A stretch of DNA of 64,000 nt from Octopus sinensis (Eukaryota): the NCBI RefSeq assembly GCF_006345805.1, contig NW_021833459.1, forward strand, positions 1 to 64,000. The letters run 5' to 3'. The number at the start of each line of letters is the position of its first letter. Position 1 is the stretch's first letter. The notes under the pieces are model-generated. The model worked only from the letters and a program-made list of their open reading frames with translations, had not been told where the DNA came from and ran no database searches. Made by a program: the position numbers and the translations under genes. This document shows positions 1 through 13,640 of this stretch, one piece after another.

Positions 1-3000
1 AAATTGAAGTAAACTCTTTGTAGCATTAGGCATAATTGGTACTCTAATGTTGTATCTACCTAAACCAATGCTCTTTCTTACTACTTAACATTCCATCTCT
101 TATTAAAAATATGTTCGTCCACTTTCCTTGATTGACTCCTCATTTTGTCAAATAAGTCTTTTAATAAATGCTCAGTAACCACTTAGAGGTGAAGGTGTAT
201 TGAAAAGTGTTGACTTTAAAACAGTGTCTATAGAGTTTATGAAGTGTGCACTAGGCGTACATTTGCCTTTTAATGTCGTAAGAGAAACACGTGGTACCTT
301 TCTCTCAGGTACTCATGGTAAAAACTGTAAATATTATGAGCGCCAGCAGCAGACAGTTCGAAAGCCATTAATTGATATAAATTATATCATTTATCTATCT
401 ATCTATCATCTCTCTCTTTATATATATACATATATATGTACCTGTGTGTGTGTGTGTATGTTTCTGTATTTGTGTTTGCGTGAGTGTGTATGATGTGTCG
501 GCAGGTGTATGCATTATGCAGTTCCTAACTATGATTGCTAACCTATACCTTCACTCACAGATCTGTTCTTGCAGTTACAAGTTGGAGAGTCAGGAAACAT
601 TATGCGTATTTCTTATCTCACAATATCATATGATAAGCTTTACACTTTTTAAAATATAGCCTTATATCAATTATTATTTACTACTGTGAATAGCGCAAAA
701 AATACTAAGTTTTTCTGCTGTGCTTTCTCTAAGCAAGATATCCAGTACCTGTGGCATATTCACTTCTTGATTTCATGGGGTACTTTTTGTCAAAATATTT
801 TCTAACTATTTTTCCAACTAGCAAAAAACATTTCACCTACTTGTAAGCTAAGAAGTATTATCTACACAGCTCTGTGTTGATAGCTCACTTTAAAACGGCG
901 AAATATATGTTGACCGGGATAATGTGAACAAACTGAAAATTAGTACTTCCATTTCTAATGCCATTTTACCGAATCATATATACATAAACGCACGCACGCA
1001 CGTACGCATACACACACACACACACACAAGTTGTATGTGTATGTAAGAAGCAACTGGAAGGGTCCGATGTTGCTGAAAACCGGAGATGCGAAACATAGCG
1101 ATGGTATTTTGAGTTAATCAGATAACAATGAATAGTTCAGTCTAATCTATAACTACATATCTATTTCAATGATTCGTCACCCATTGGGGACTTCTCACAC
1201 ACAAAAGCACACGCACACACATACACATGCACACACACATACAGACACAGACACATACAGGCATACACACTCATACGCACGCACACACATACACACTTAC
1301 CCACACACACATACACATACACCCATAGACATACTCGAGTGTATATTGAGAAGACGTGAATGTGTACGTGCATATGTGTGTGTATGTGTCTGTGTTCATT
1401 ATAGGAGTTATCTAGTTGTGTGTGTACACTTAACCGCAATGCCACACCCGCCCAAATATGTGTGTATATATAATCACGTAGAATAGGATAGAATAATGGT
1501 TATCTAGGGAAGGCCCCAGTATAAATTTAGCGTAATTGAGTTGTATTCAATAGTTCTAAATACTTTATCAAATAGACACATGATCAATACAATGATGTGT
1601 CTGGTACAGTAGTATTTAATATAAACGTATTCAATAAATAAGATGATAATAGTTCTGACAATTATCATATGAATATATAAATGGTCAGCAGATACAGTGA
1701 CTATTTATGAGATATTATTTTTCACAATTAACTCCTTATAGGAATTAATACATATGTCCATATTTTTATACATCAAATGCGTATAGATATTAGTATAGAT
1801 ATTAAAAGGATATGCTAATTAAATGAATTATTAGAATTGTTTTCGAAATTCTCATTTTATTCTCTCTCAAATTTCACACATTCTGAAAAACAAAACAAGT
1901 CCTTATAGACTATATTTTCTTGTAATTTTTCTACTTCTTGTTTCTACTCAGATATTATGTGGATAATCGTATTATAGGGGATGAATAAGCTTTCTAACAA
2001 TTTCACTTGAAATATAGTTTGCAGTATGATCGTCCCATTTATTGATTTCTCTAGTGTAGTCAGCCAGAACGTTTTCCTATGTTCCCATATGGCATCAGGC
2101 TAAATTAAGCATTCCCCCTTTCTAACTGGCTTAGTAAGAAACGTTCTTTGTATTATTCTATCGTATTCCACGTGTTTGTATATACACACATATTTGGGCG
2201 GGTGTGTTATTGTGTTAAAGTGTACACATTTATGTGTATGTATGTATGTATGTATTTATGTGTATATATATATATATATGTGTGTGTATGTATGTATTTA
2301 TGTATGTATGTATGTATGTATACACGCATTCACAGCAGCCAATAAAATATCTAGTGTAATGCTGTTGCTATATTCAATTTGCTTTTGTTATGATTTATAC
2401 ATCAACACAATATATCTTCCTAAAATGTTAGTTCCATGATGTATACCTGAATTTAGCTTGGCTGCTGCAGTAATTGATTGCAGAAAGAAATTCTGCCTGT
2501 TCCATGCCGAATCCCTTTTATCACTTTTGGTCTGACTTTCTCATTCTTACTCTAATATAAACAAATGTCTGTTTTCACTACACACCGTTATATTTAGTCA
2601 TCTAGTATCATTTCTTTCTTTTCTTTTTTTTTTGGCGTGAGAATGTCAAAGTTTATTTCATCAGTATTACTCACATGAAAGTAGAAGAATGAACACGAAC
2701 TGAATTACGTCGATTTTTTTTTCATTTCTAAAATATTTAATATCCGAAATAAATGTAGTGCATTTAGAATACGTTTAAGCGAACTTTGGCATTGATAGCA
2801 TTAGATTTTTGTAAACAGATATCAAACTTGTTTGGTTGCAAAAATAAATGATTTGCAAATGATTATACGAAATAACATGCATTGAAGCGAAGATATTTGC
2901 GTCATAGATAGTATATGATGATCTATACTTCTGCGTTGCTTTCAACAACGAGCTCTCACTTTTTCAATCACTGAAACTATCTACTCTTTGTTTTATAAAG

Positions 3001-3339
3001 TAATTTGTTAAGGGCTCCACAAAATCTTGTACTCTTAACCTTACGGGCAGTCAATGTTATCATGTGTTTTTGTTTGTTTGTTTTTTTTCGAGTTTGTGCG
3101 AGTGTGATATCTTGCTAAGCACCTCGAGTGTCACCTCGAATTAAAGAAGAATACGCTTCCAACATGAACCTTGACATTGCGACCATAACCATGCAATTAT
3201 GAGGCAGTATTTATGGTCGTATACATTCTGTTTTTACTCCACATCAGCGCATAAGTATGCGGAATTTGTGCCTAATATACAGTTGTGTTTGCAATTGATA
3301 GATATCACAACATCTTACTTAGGCAAACACGGACTGACA

Positions 3340-3436
3340 CCACAACAACTGGGATCGATTTATTCGGCTAACTCCTTCAAGGGTGCGCCTGAACATGGTT
3401 GCAGTCCAATGAATGAAACAAGTAAAAGAACAAAGT
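3340..3436 (+). mobile_element. Degenerate 3' tail fragment of SINE family A
   Basis: GGGATCGATTTATTCGGCTAA...CATGGTTGCAGTCCAATGAATGAAACAAGTAAAAGAA matches the 3' end of the intact family A copies (GGGGTCGATTTGCTCGACTAAA...CATGGCCGCAGTCAAATGACTGAAACAAGTAAAAGAG). Confidence 0.55.
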
Positions 3437-5028
3437 GATGGCAGAATATCGAAAGTACAATTCTGCTGGGCCGGGCATGTTGCAAGGTTCAAAGATTATA
3501 CGCTGAGACAGGCATTTAACTAGTGGTGCCTAAGAGATCAATTAGGAAAAGCATGCATACATACAGTCACACACACACACACACACACATGCACACACAA
3601 ATGCATGTGAGTATGTAGGTAAGCATTAACTATTGCTGACAGAAGCAGTATTATTGTCCAAAGGCGATATTTATACCCAACTTAACAGGGATATTTCATT
3701 AGTAAAGCGAATATTGCGGTATTCGACTTCAGAGACCCACCCATGTGGATGGATGATACATAAAAAAAAACACTCTTACTTCTATCTTTGGTTGAGGAGA
3801 CTCGTCTGACTATAGCGGTCGGGAACTAAATGTCACATAATTAGTTGGATATTAAGATTGCCTTTTTGAAACCTATATAAATACATAAATGTGTGTGTAG
3901 TTTTATTTCTTTTCATTGTCACATATCTGCATCAAAATATTCAGTAGTTGTCTTAAATTACAATAACGCATGTCCAGATATGTGAAGAAATTTTTGTTCG
4001 TTCTTAAAAGTTATACCGTGTGGAATTTGCGGTGATATGTCATTTCAAAAGTTCACCGACTTGTCTGACATTATTTTCATTTATTTCATATCATACCGTA
4101 TCCCGATACAGGGCAAACTTTGATTCAATATACAGGAATAAATACTCCGAATTATTTATAGGAATACAGTAAAACATTTTAAGGCTTACATTGTCAGGAT
4201 TAACATATGATTCTTAAACGTCCTTCTATGAAAGAAATTACAGGAAAGGGTGTGATATGAAATACATGAAAATAATTTATATCAACAAAGTAAACATAGC
4301 GACATCTTGTGGCGTACATTTTACTGGCTGGAACCGCCCTTTATAAAGAAAGTCCTCTAACCTAAGTTAGGAAATATGTATGTTTTATAAGATCTTGATC
4401 TCAGACTACTGTTTCCATGGCTACAAAATGTATTGCAATTGACTATTTCTACATTTTGTTTATGAGCTATTATAAAACACATACTCTTATCTCATGGAAC
4501 GGATTATGTTTACTATTGCGAGGTAAATACTGCAAGGTCTATATAGCTTGAAATAACCTATAAACCTATCTATTACTCTACTTCGAACTTCATAAGTAAC
4601 TATTAGCAAAATCATTAACTACTGCAACCTATTGTTTAAACATGTACCATCTAATAGGTCTGAGCTCTCCCTTGTTTTTAGTCAGAAGTGATATTGTTAA
4701 TATCACTGAGAAAATTCAATTAAAGCATTATATTTTGGTTACTTTGAAGTTTGGAAATCGAACGGTTTGTAATTTATTTTATTCTGTCTACAAAAGTTTT
4801 TGTTTTTATTTATTTATCAATAATTTGCTATTTATTTAAATTTTGTTTTAAAATCGTTAATCAATGAACATTTGACATTAATCATCTTTCTTTGTATTTC
4901 TTATTTTTTTTTAACTCTGTACATCACAGAGATATATTTATATAAACATATTTGTATACATGTGTGTATGTATATAGCATGAATTTTTGTATACACCACA
5001 CACACATATATATATATATTTGCATGTG

Positions 5029-5064
<36 letters not shown>

Positions 5065-5096
5065 TGTGTGTATATGTATATAAATATGTATCTCTC

Positions 5097-5178
<82 letters not shown>

Positions 5179-6252
5179 TATTATTTTATACATAAATATG
5201 AGAGAGAACCACTATGTGGAATCCCTTACGCTAAAAAGAGATCCGCATAAGTCTCAACCACCAAGAATTGTTCTCCAGAAAATTTAGCACACCATGAACG
5301 TAAGCGAGCAAGACAAATGAAAAATAACAAAAATATAGATTAACCCCATACATTTGTTTCACTGTTAATAAATTATGCAATTTTACGTACACAATTCATC
5401 TGCAGCTCATCAGTGAGGTCGTCATATAAAGATATAATTTGTCGAACTCCATGTCAGATAAACACAAGGTCGAAAATGCATGTGTTCCACCTATTACATC
5501 CACGGTTATCTTCAAAAGTCCTCGTTCAGGCGCACCAAATTACCGGAAATAAATACCGCATAAACAATTGTCATATTTTCATTTTCTCACAGTCATGGCG
5601 ATACTCTGTGTCTAAACGTATGCAACATATGAAACCACTTACTCCAAATAATTGGCCATTAGAGATGCTCAATAGTAATTAGAAATAAAAGACAAAAGTG
5701 TACACACATGCAAAATTGAAAATAATGAGTTTAATTTAAAGTATTTGAATGCAAAAGTAAATGTGTAATTTTTTAATATAACGTGAAAATCTAGATCAGT
5801 AGGATTTCTGTAATATATATATATACAGATTCTGTAATATATCATAATTTATAAATGATAAAGCATAACAAATTTGGAATAAGTAAATCGTAGTTCAATC
5901 AGTGTACATACGAATAAGTAGGTGTCTTATATGTTTGATGTTCAATCTGATTTCTTTAACTGTGCAGAGAACAATAAAACATATCTAATGATAGAGTAAT
6001 TTTGTCAGAATTGTTTTAATGTTCAAAGAATGACGACCTTTGTTGTAAATTGGACGGTAATGAGAAAATATTTATCGCAGAGTAAATTAGGCTTGAAACA
6101 AAAGCAATTTCAAGTAGATGGAACTCAAGATTGTGATATAACACATAATCGCATCCATAAAGACAGACATGTAAATTTTAGATTATATCACAACAATAAT
6201 ATGAGTGCACACATGCAAGTCAAACAAACACGCGCACACATGAGTGCCGATG

Positions 6253-6254
<2 letters not shown>

Positions 6255-6301
<47 letters not shown>

Positions 6302-6660
6302 TCCTATATATAAACACCTAAATATATATATACATATATATATACAGTTATATATATATGTATATATATATATATAGATGTATGTATATATATATATAAT
6401 ACATGTATATATATATATGTATATATATATGATATATATATATGTATATATATATTGTATATATATATGTATTATATATATATATATGTAATTTATATAT
6501 ATATATATGTATATATGTATATTTATTTTATATAAGTATATTATATATATATATATATATATTTATATAGTTAGTTATAAATAATGTATATTTATATAAT
6601 ATATACGTATATAGAATATATATATAATGTATATATATATTATATATGTAATTTATATAT
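6255..6660. repeat. Degenerate (TA)n/(TATG)n microsatellite
   Basis: Near-pure alternating A/T with interspersed G, seen directly. Confidence 0.95.
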
Positions 6661-6661
6661 G

Positions 6662-6993
6662 TACTCAGTATCGCCGCGGCTTGCTCAGGTTTGTAGGGAA
6701 ATAACTATTAAAGCATTTAGAGATTTATAGCCATAGCAAGAATGGAAAAAATGATAAATTTTTTGTTGATAGGTATCCCTAGACTTGTGTTTTGTGTTTC
6801 TGATTCTACCCCATGTCGAATTTATCGATTTTTTCAGAACGGGGGAACTTTTCAAAATTTCTCTGCGTTAGTTTTGAATTATGACATTGGTATGTGTGTG
6901 TCAAGTTTATCATAATGTTGAAAGCCGTGGTCAGGGTGATACAAGCAAAACAGACACAAGACGCAACAGACAAAGACCGTTTATATAGAGAGA
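6662..6993 (-). mobile_element. Short non-autonomous Helitron (~330 bp)
   Basis: The minus strand starts A|TCTCTCTATATAAA (Helitron 5' TC). It ends CCTGAGCAAGCCGCGGCGATACTGAGT, a decayed version of the 3' end CCCGAGCAACGCCGAGCAATTCTGCTAGT of the large Helitron at 40330-40359. Confidence 0.65.
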
Positions 6994-7149
6994 TATAGTA
7001 TATATATGTATATATATGTATATATAATGTATATATATATGTATATATATGTAATATATATGTATATATATGTATATATATATATGTATATATATGTATA
7101 TATATATGTATATATATGTATATATATATGTATACGATTTTGATTTGAT

Positions 7150-10100
7150 TTTGATTTTTCCAGTTTCAGCTAATGAGCTGTGGCCATGCTGGGGCACCGC
7201 CATTTGGTTTGCTACAGGGTTTACCTCACGGATGCTTTTTAGCAAACGCCATCTGATGCATGAGAGAGTTCGATGCAGGTGCCCTCATCTGCACCTCCTG
7301 CCGTGATGTTGGTTCATCCGGGACAACCTGACAGGAAGAGATCCAGTCCTACTTTAAAGACATCCGCATCTACACCATGCAGTCCCTCAGGTTCTTCGGG
7401 AGGATATTGAAGAGCCGTGGGCCTCTGAAGCCCAGGCTATCACAATATCTGTCCTACATCTTGATGGCAAATTTGGAGTCCTTGGTACTACGCAGTGGCG
7501 TCCGGTTCTGGCGTTTGTGTGACTCTCGATGCCAAAGTCTGGGACAAGACCTTCCAGGATCTTCCAGATATATATTATGGCATATCTTTCTCGCCTACGC
7601 TCCAGGGAATAGAGCTTTAATCTCTTGAGTTCTCCCCATAGCTCGTATGCTGCACAGAGGCTATCTTCTTCGTGTAGCTTCGTTGGATCGCCTCAAGTTC
7701 TGTGATCAACTTGACACTGGATGGTGACCATAGCTGAGAGCAATAGTCAAGTGGCTTAGGACAAGTGTCTTCCAGAGGACCATCATGGTTTCTTGTTCTC
7801 TTGTTCTAAAGGTTCTAAGAATCCCAGCAGCAGCTGTCTACATTTCATTGTGTCAGTTTAGCAGCATGTACATGAAAGGACGCGTCATCACTCATGTGAA
7901 TCCCAGGTCACGCACTGATTGTACCTATGGGATTGCAATCCCTCCGGGTCCAGTGTATCATTGGGTATTGCATTCAGTTTTGCATGCTGATAGTATAAAG
8001 CTTGAAACTTTTCAGCATTGAACTGCATGCTATTCTTTTCAGCCCACTTGTATATTTCGTCCAGCTCACATTGCAGGTGCTTAGTGTCTTCAGGGTTCTG
8101 TTGTATTGCTGTGAAACTTTGTATCATCTGCATAACTTGTGATCGTGGCTCTCGCGTGGCTGAGGGCATGTCTCTGAGGGCCATTATGAACAGAAGTGGT
8201 CCCAAAACAGTGCCTGTGGAACACCGCTCACTATTGCGTGCTAATGCAAGTGGGCCCATTGGCTGCTACCACCTGACTTCTATTCTCAGAAAGTCATGTA
8301 GCTATTCTCCCAGTTTTCCAACTATGCTGAGATCACGCAGTTTGTGACATATCATTCCATGATCGACTTTATCAAAGGCCTTTGCAAAGTCGAGATATAT
8401 GACTTCCGCATTTGAGTGGTTGAGCAGTCGTTTCAGCACCCAGTCATAGTGTTGTAGGCGCTGAGTTAAGGAGCTCTTCTGATCGGAAACCATGTTGAGT
8501 GTCAGCAGCAAGTCATTTTCTTCAAGGAGGTGATCAGTTTTCTTCTGACTATTCGTTCCATGACCTTGCTGATGTGTGAGGTCAGAGAGATAGGTCTGTA
8601 GTTCTGGCCTCCGCTCTGCTACCTCCTTTATGAATAGGGCATATTTTACCTTCCTCAGTTTTCTTGGAAGTTTGCCAGCTGCAAGGAAGCTCTGAAAGAG
8701 GAACTGCAGTGGTCTTGCTAGGATTCTCTTACATACTTTTAGGAGGATTGCCGGGAATCCATCGGGCCAGTAGCTGAGTCTGTTTTCATTTCATCTATAG
8801 CCTTTATTACATCGTCTTCCTTTATATCGATGTAATTTATCGTCGCCGCCTCTGATTTTATATCTGCAGTGTTAAAGAAGTCAGTTGGATTGGTGATTTG
8901 GAAATGCCCAAGGGGTGGAGTGAAAACACTCTTGAATTGCTCATTCAGTATTTCACTTACCTTCATTGGTTTTCCTGTGAGTGTGCCATCCTTTTCAAGG
9001 AGTGGCCCTATCCTACAGTGCACCGTAGCTGTTTCTTTGGCATACCTGTAGAAAGCTCTTGGGTTAGATTTTATGTTGTCTATAGCCCAGGCTTCTTTGT
9101 CTGCTCTCTCCTTTTCATGGTAGAGTTGCAGACATTTTTCAATGTCCAACAGTTTTATTTTCAGGCGGGACTTTTCACTGCTTTCAATTTGTTTGTTTAG
9201 GCGATTTGAAATTTTTGTACGTCGTCTCATTAAAATTTCCCTCTCTCTGGGGATTTTGTTCTTGTGTACAGTGGCCTTTCTCTCTGGGACACATTTGTAG
9301 CATATGGCTTGCATTACAGACATGAATTGTTGAAGTTTCACGTCGATGTCCGGCGAGGAGAGACATTCAGGCCAGTTTTGTTTGAGGATCTCTTCTCAAT
9401 TTGTTTCCAGTTTGCCTTATGGAAGTTCAAGCTGGAAAGATTCTGAGGGTTTCCTGTAGGCTGCATGTCCATGCTATCCTTTGGCCCGTACATGGTCAGC
9501 TCTACCATGTTTGATCTTAGAGTAGTGTCGGTGTCACTTTCACATTATGGATGAGATCCATATTATTTGTGAAGCAGAGATCCAGTGTGTTACCTGCCCT
9601 GGTTGGTTGGAGTATTACTTGCTCCATGTACAGGGTGTTGATGAGGTTCAGGAGGGACCTCGCCTGTCCTCGTTCACATCTTGTCATTCCTGGGAGAGAA
9701 AGGCACACGGACCATCTGACATTGGGTAGATTGAAGTCTCCCATAAGAAATACACTTATGTGTTGTTCTAATGTGATTAGAACTTATTCTATTTTTATAA
9801 GGCATTCTTCAAACTTGCCTACATGGCTTGGGGCATCTGGAGGGCGATATGTAGCACACACAACTACATCAAGTTGCCTTATATGTACAATTAGTGTGTC
9901 GCACACCGAGTTTGAGTATGACAAAAGGACGTGGGGTGTGAGGTCCTCACGGATGTACATAGCGACTCCTCCATGACTCCATTCTTTTCTGTCGGTCCGT
10001 AGTACAACATACTGTGGTATGTGTAATTCCGCATCTGCTATGTCGGGTTTCAGGTGCGTTTCCGTAAGTGCTATGCATAAGGCTTGATTGCATGCAACAA

Positions 10101-10170
10101 AGTCTCTCAAGAACGGGATTTCTGTCCTGTTACTGAGTGTTTGCAGTCCTCTGATGTTCAGTAGGAGCAT
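7150..10170 (-). pseudogene. LINE ORF2 (APE endonuclease + reverse transcriptase), disrupted
   Basis: ORF fragments 9784-10314, 9517-9744, 8739-9341, 8302-8511 and 7888-8259 are colinear pieces of one EN-RT protein. The probable ORF2 Met is at ~10170 (MLLLNIRGLQ). Confidence 0.9.
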
Positions 10171-10556
10171 CGAGGTGAGGTGTATGCTGTTGCCGACGGT
10201 GTCCACCTTGGGTCTGTTTGCTGTGGTGGTCTTGTATATTGTGGGTAGTCCCATCTGCGAGCTTGGGTTTGATGAAACCAGGTTAGCTGCTGTATAATCT
10301 TTTGTGCCATGCACAAAAAAGATTCTTGTTCAGCTGCTGCCCTTTCAACAACATCATGTTGGCGGTTTGTGGCACGCACCACATCTGCGTACCTCCGTTT
10401 TGGGGCAGGTGGTGCGTGGTCCATCGCTTTTCCTTTTGTTAGTTTGTTTCTGATCTGTTTCGTGTCTCTGCGGCAGGTTCCCCGATGTGCAAAACGGCAG
10501 CCTGCACCTTCCTCTCCATGCCAGCAGGTACCTCTCAGGTAGAACCTACACACCCA
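10171..10556 (-). pseudogene. LINE ORF1 C-terminal remnant with CCCH zinc finger
   Basis: VCRFYLRGTCWHGEEGAGCRFAH (C-x7-C-x8-C-x3-H) followed by a Q/P-rich tail, directly upstream of ORF2 and cut off by (TA)n. Confidence 0.7.
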
Positions 10557-10577
10557 CATATATATATATATATACAT

Positions 10578-10621
<44 letters not shown>

Positions 10622-10664
10622 TATACATATATAGATATAATAGATATATAATATATATACATAC

Positions 10665-10725
<61 letters not shown>
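10557..10725. repeat. (TA)n microsatellite
   Basis: Seen directly. Confidence 0.95.
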
Positions 10726-10726
<1 letters not shown>

Positions 10727-10969
10727 CATGCACGTATATATCAATCATTTATCCATACGTTTGTGCGTATGTATAATATCTATGTACAAGCGTGGGAGTG
10801 CTTGTACATTACATAGTGGCATTGTAACGGACCTTTTCGGCCAATCATTGGTGTTTCTGAATTGAGCACAACATTGTAGATTGAAACGATTGTATCCTTC
10901 GTTTCTTAAATAACAAAGCATGAACCTCTGTATTCGTATTAAATTTCGAGTACTAATTTTCTGGGAAAT

Positions 10970-12217
10970 CTACTTCATTCGAACCAAATTCAATAACTCG
11001 GCCGACCCAACCAGCGCTCTGTCAGACTCTGCCTCCACCAGGGTCCAGCCGACTCTCAACTGAGCTCTTACTCCGCACTGCATGTCGGGCTCCACCGGCC
11101 CCACGCAACCATCAAATACAGAGCTCCCCCAAGTGCCAACAAAGCACCAGCGACTCCTTGCGGACCGCCTCCTCAACTGCATCAGTGGGCCACCAACTCC
11201 TTCAACTGCGTTGCCGTATCGGCAGAACTGGCCCCACCACTGGTTCGCCATCTGGCACGATTCCTCGATTTGCCTTCCACAAATCGCCTGTGCCACTTCC
11301 AAAAGATCCGCCGACCCAGCCAGCGCTCCGCCAGCTTCTGCTTCCACTAGGGTCCACCCGACCCTCAACTGAGCTTTTACTATGCACTGCCTGTCGGGCT
11401 CCACCGGCCCCAAGCAACCATCAACCACAAAGCTCACCCAACGCTGAAGCAGTCTTCCTGGTCTCAGTGGACCCACCACCGTTCGCAGCCGTCTTGCCTC
11501 GTCAACGGGCTTGGTCCTTTTCCTCACCAGCGTCCGTACCGCAGGCCTCACAACACACACGCCGGCCGCCAGTCCATCCACTCCTGTGGCCTCTCCACAG
11601 TGGGAACCATACAGTCCTTCCGGGCCCCAAGAGACAGGGGTCCAGACACCAAAGGACCCGCACACGGCACAACACCTGCCGCGACCATCACACACAGAGC
11701 CGGAACCTCGGATTCAGCGACATCCGCCCCAGCCCTCGCCAGCTCTTCGTCCCGAGTTCCGAGAGACAGGGGTCGAGATGCCAAGGGCCCCAGACACGGA
11801 ACAACAGCATCAGCCATAACACCTTTCAGATTCCTTAACCTCTACGGATTCCAAATCACAAGATTTCTTGGGTACAGCGTCACAAATTTCGGCAACCAGC
11901 ACAGGTTCCGCTTCTCTCGATGCTTCGTTCGACGGGCAATCTCTGCCCACAGGACCGTCGCTATCCCCGGTCCAACACCGATCCTCCAAAGCTGACCCAT
12001 CCGCAACCTCAAGCTCCCGCTGATCTGCCCACAAGCCCTGTCGCCTCTCGTCCATCCTTTCCATGAACGCATCCGTCTGCGCCATCTGGCCCCTTAACAT
12101 CTCCACAATCAGGACAAGCGAAATCCCCTCGTCTCCGGTCTGACAGCCAGACAGATCCATAGCGAAAAAGAACCGATCAAAACGCAGCAATCAGGACAAT
12201 CCCACTTCGACACCAGT
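10970..12217 (-). mobile_element. Internal region of a Gypsy-like LTR element: gag-like, repeat-containing ORF remnants, no pol
   Basis: It follows a PBS. The first ORF (ATG at 12160, MDLS...IVEMLRGQMAQTDAFMERMDERRQ) looks like a coiled-coil gag N-terminus. It contains in-frame direct repeats (11001-11130 vs 11310-11440; ~11612-11690 vs ~11745-11820). No RT, RNase H or integrase motifs were seen. Confidence 0.65.
12199..12215 (-). promoter_or_regulatory. Primer-binding site complementary to the tRNA-Leu 3' end
   Basis: TGGTGTCGAAGTGGGAT lies 2 nt inside the LTR. It equals the tRNA-Leu PBS TGGTGTCAGAAGTGGGAT with one base missing. Confidence 0.8.
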
Positions 12218-13390
12218 TGTTACGGAATCACCCGTCATCGCCCGTCCCAAACGGCTCACACAAGTTCCGCCACGGAACCCAAAGAGGCGGAGAGAGGAGA
12301 TACAGATAGATACTGCCACAACCTCAACAGCACAGAGATACAGAGGCACAACCCGAGATACAACCCAAAGAGGCAAGGCAACAACTGGCAACACTGGCTT
12401 ATATTCAAACAACAGTTTATACGACAATTACAATTGTTACAACATCAAGATACATCAAAGCATGCACGTGACTACTCAATACATAATACAATAGCATTTC
12501 AAGAGTACAACTCAAAGCATAATACATCATGTAACAATTCAAGAGTACACGTCCCAAGACAACAGTTCTTTAAAGTCTCTTCCTAAACATCACAATCAAC
12601 AAGTCCTTTACTCTTCTTCTTCACAATGTCCTTTATCGACCACATCGACAGAGTCCTTGACTGTTCTTTTCACTGTTCAATACACCGTGACACATATCAA
12701 TGCACAAACACATACCTCAATTCCTAATTGAATCTGCCAGTGTCCCATTCCGCTCAATACTGCTAATTCCTCTGAATACTGCTAATTCCCTTCTGTGCCG
12801 CCAAGCTTTCTCGCATCCAACTTGCTCCTAAGAATTCCAACGCTTGCTCCTTAAATCCAAGGTCCGTCTGTCTTCTACGAGGACCGGCCAGCGACTGCCC
12901 TTCTTGACGAACAACCGCGAACTACCAGACCTCACTTCGTCTCTGTCCTTCTTCCACTCCCCTCATCTCCCTCTGTCTATATCGCTCTTACACTTTCTAA
13001 CTGCCCTGGTCCTTATACCCTATCTATATCGCCTGCTGTCTCTTAGCCTTTCTATTTGCTATCTGATTCCTTACTCTATCTATATCGGCTGCTGTCTCTT
13101 AGCCTCTCCATCCGTCCCATACTGCTTATACCCTATCTATATTTGCTCTCAGCCCTTAATCTGTCCCTTTTCTCTTACTGTCAATACCCTCTCCATCTGC
13201 TCTTAGATTCCCTTAATCTGTCTTCCTCTTTCACATTCTCACTGACCCTCTTATCAACCACACGAGGTCACAGGTCATTCCAAAACCCATCAGTCCTCCA
13301 TTAGACAAAGAACCCGTCACATTTCACCAGATATCATGGTGCCATTATTCCTATGTGGGTCACCAGAAATGCACCTAGCCAACCGTAACA
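12218..13390 (-). mobile_element. LTR (1173 bp)
   Basis: Perfect 8-bp inverted termini TGTTACGG...CCGTAACA, an adjacent PBS, internal short tandem repeats (~12765-12800, ~13010-13210), and an AATATAAGCCAGTGTTG poly(A)-like signal on the minus strand. Confidence 0.85.
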
Positions 13391-13640
13391 ATATGTATAT
13401 ATATATATATATGTATGTATATATATATATATATATGTATATATATGTATATGTATATATATATGTATATATATATATATATATATATTATGTGAAATAG
13501 AAAGATGAATAATCTTGTAGTAGATTAATCAAAAGTTTAACCGACGAACCTTAGTAGCAAAAATCACAGCAGTGAACAGCACGGTTGGAGGTACAACCAT
13601 CTGGCGTTGCAACCGTGCGTTGGTGCGGATAACTGAAATT

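Larger units (their letters stand above)
7136..10556 (-). mobile_element. CR1/Jockey-group non-LTR retrotransposon, 5'-truncated and pseudogenised
   Basis: APE endonuclease motifs (LLLNIRGL, ALTETHL, GGVAMYIR, MGDFNLP, NTLDLCFTN) and RT motifs (YLDFAKAFDKVDHG, GTVLGPLLF, SYADDTK at ~8121-8140) are split by stops and frameshifts. It has an (ATCAAA)n-like 3' tail at 7136-7155 and TA microsatellites on both flanks. Confidence 0.93.

Noticed and set aside
2060-2112. Minus-strand CTGATG-C..hairpin..GAAAAC-GTT hammerhead-like string
   Set aside because: A9 is substituted, there is an extra base in the core and stem I is offset by 3 nt; too degenerate to call.
10823-10970. TGTAACGG as the partner LTR of 12218-13390
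   Set aside because: Similarity stops after 8 nt; the following sequence does not match the LTR.
11082-11995. Plus-strand Pro/Ser/Thr-rich ORFs overlapping the LTR internal region
   Set aside because: They are antisense to the PBS-defined orientation and explained by GC-rich repeated sequence; there is no independent support.
12740-13210. Short repeats with intervening sequence (CRISPR-like appearance)
   Set aside because: They are degenerate, irregularly spaced tandem repeats inside a eukaryotic LTR, with no unique spacers and no cas genes.
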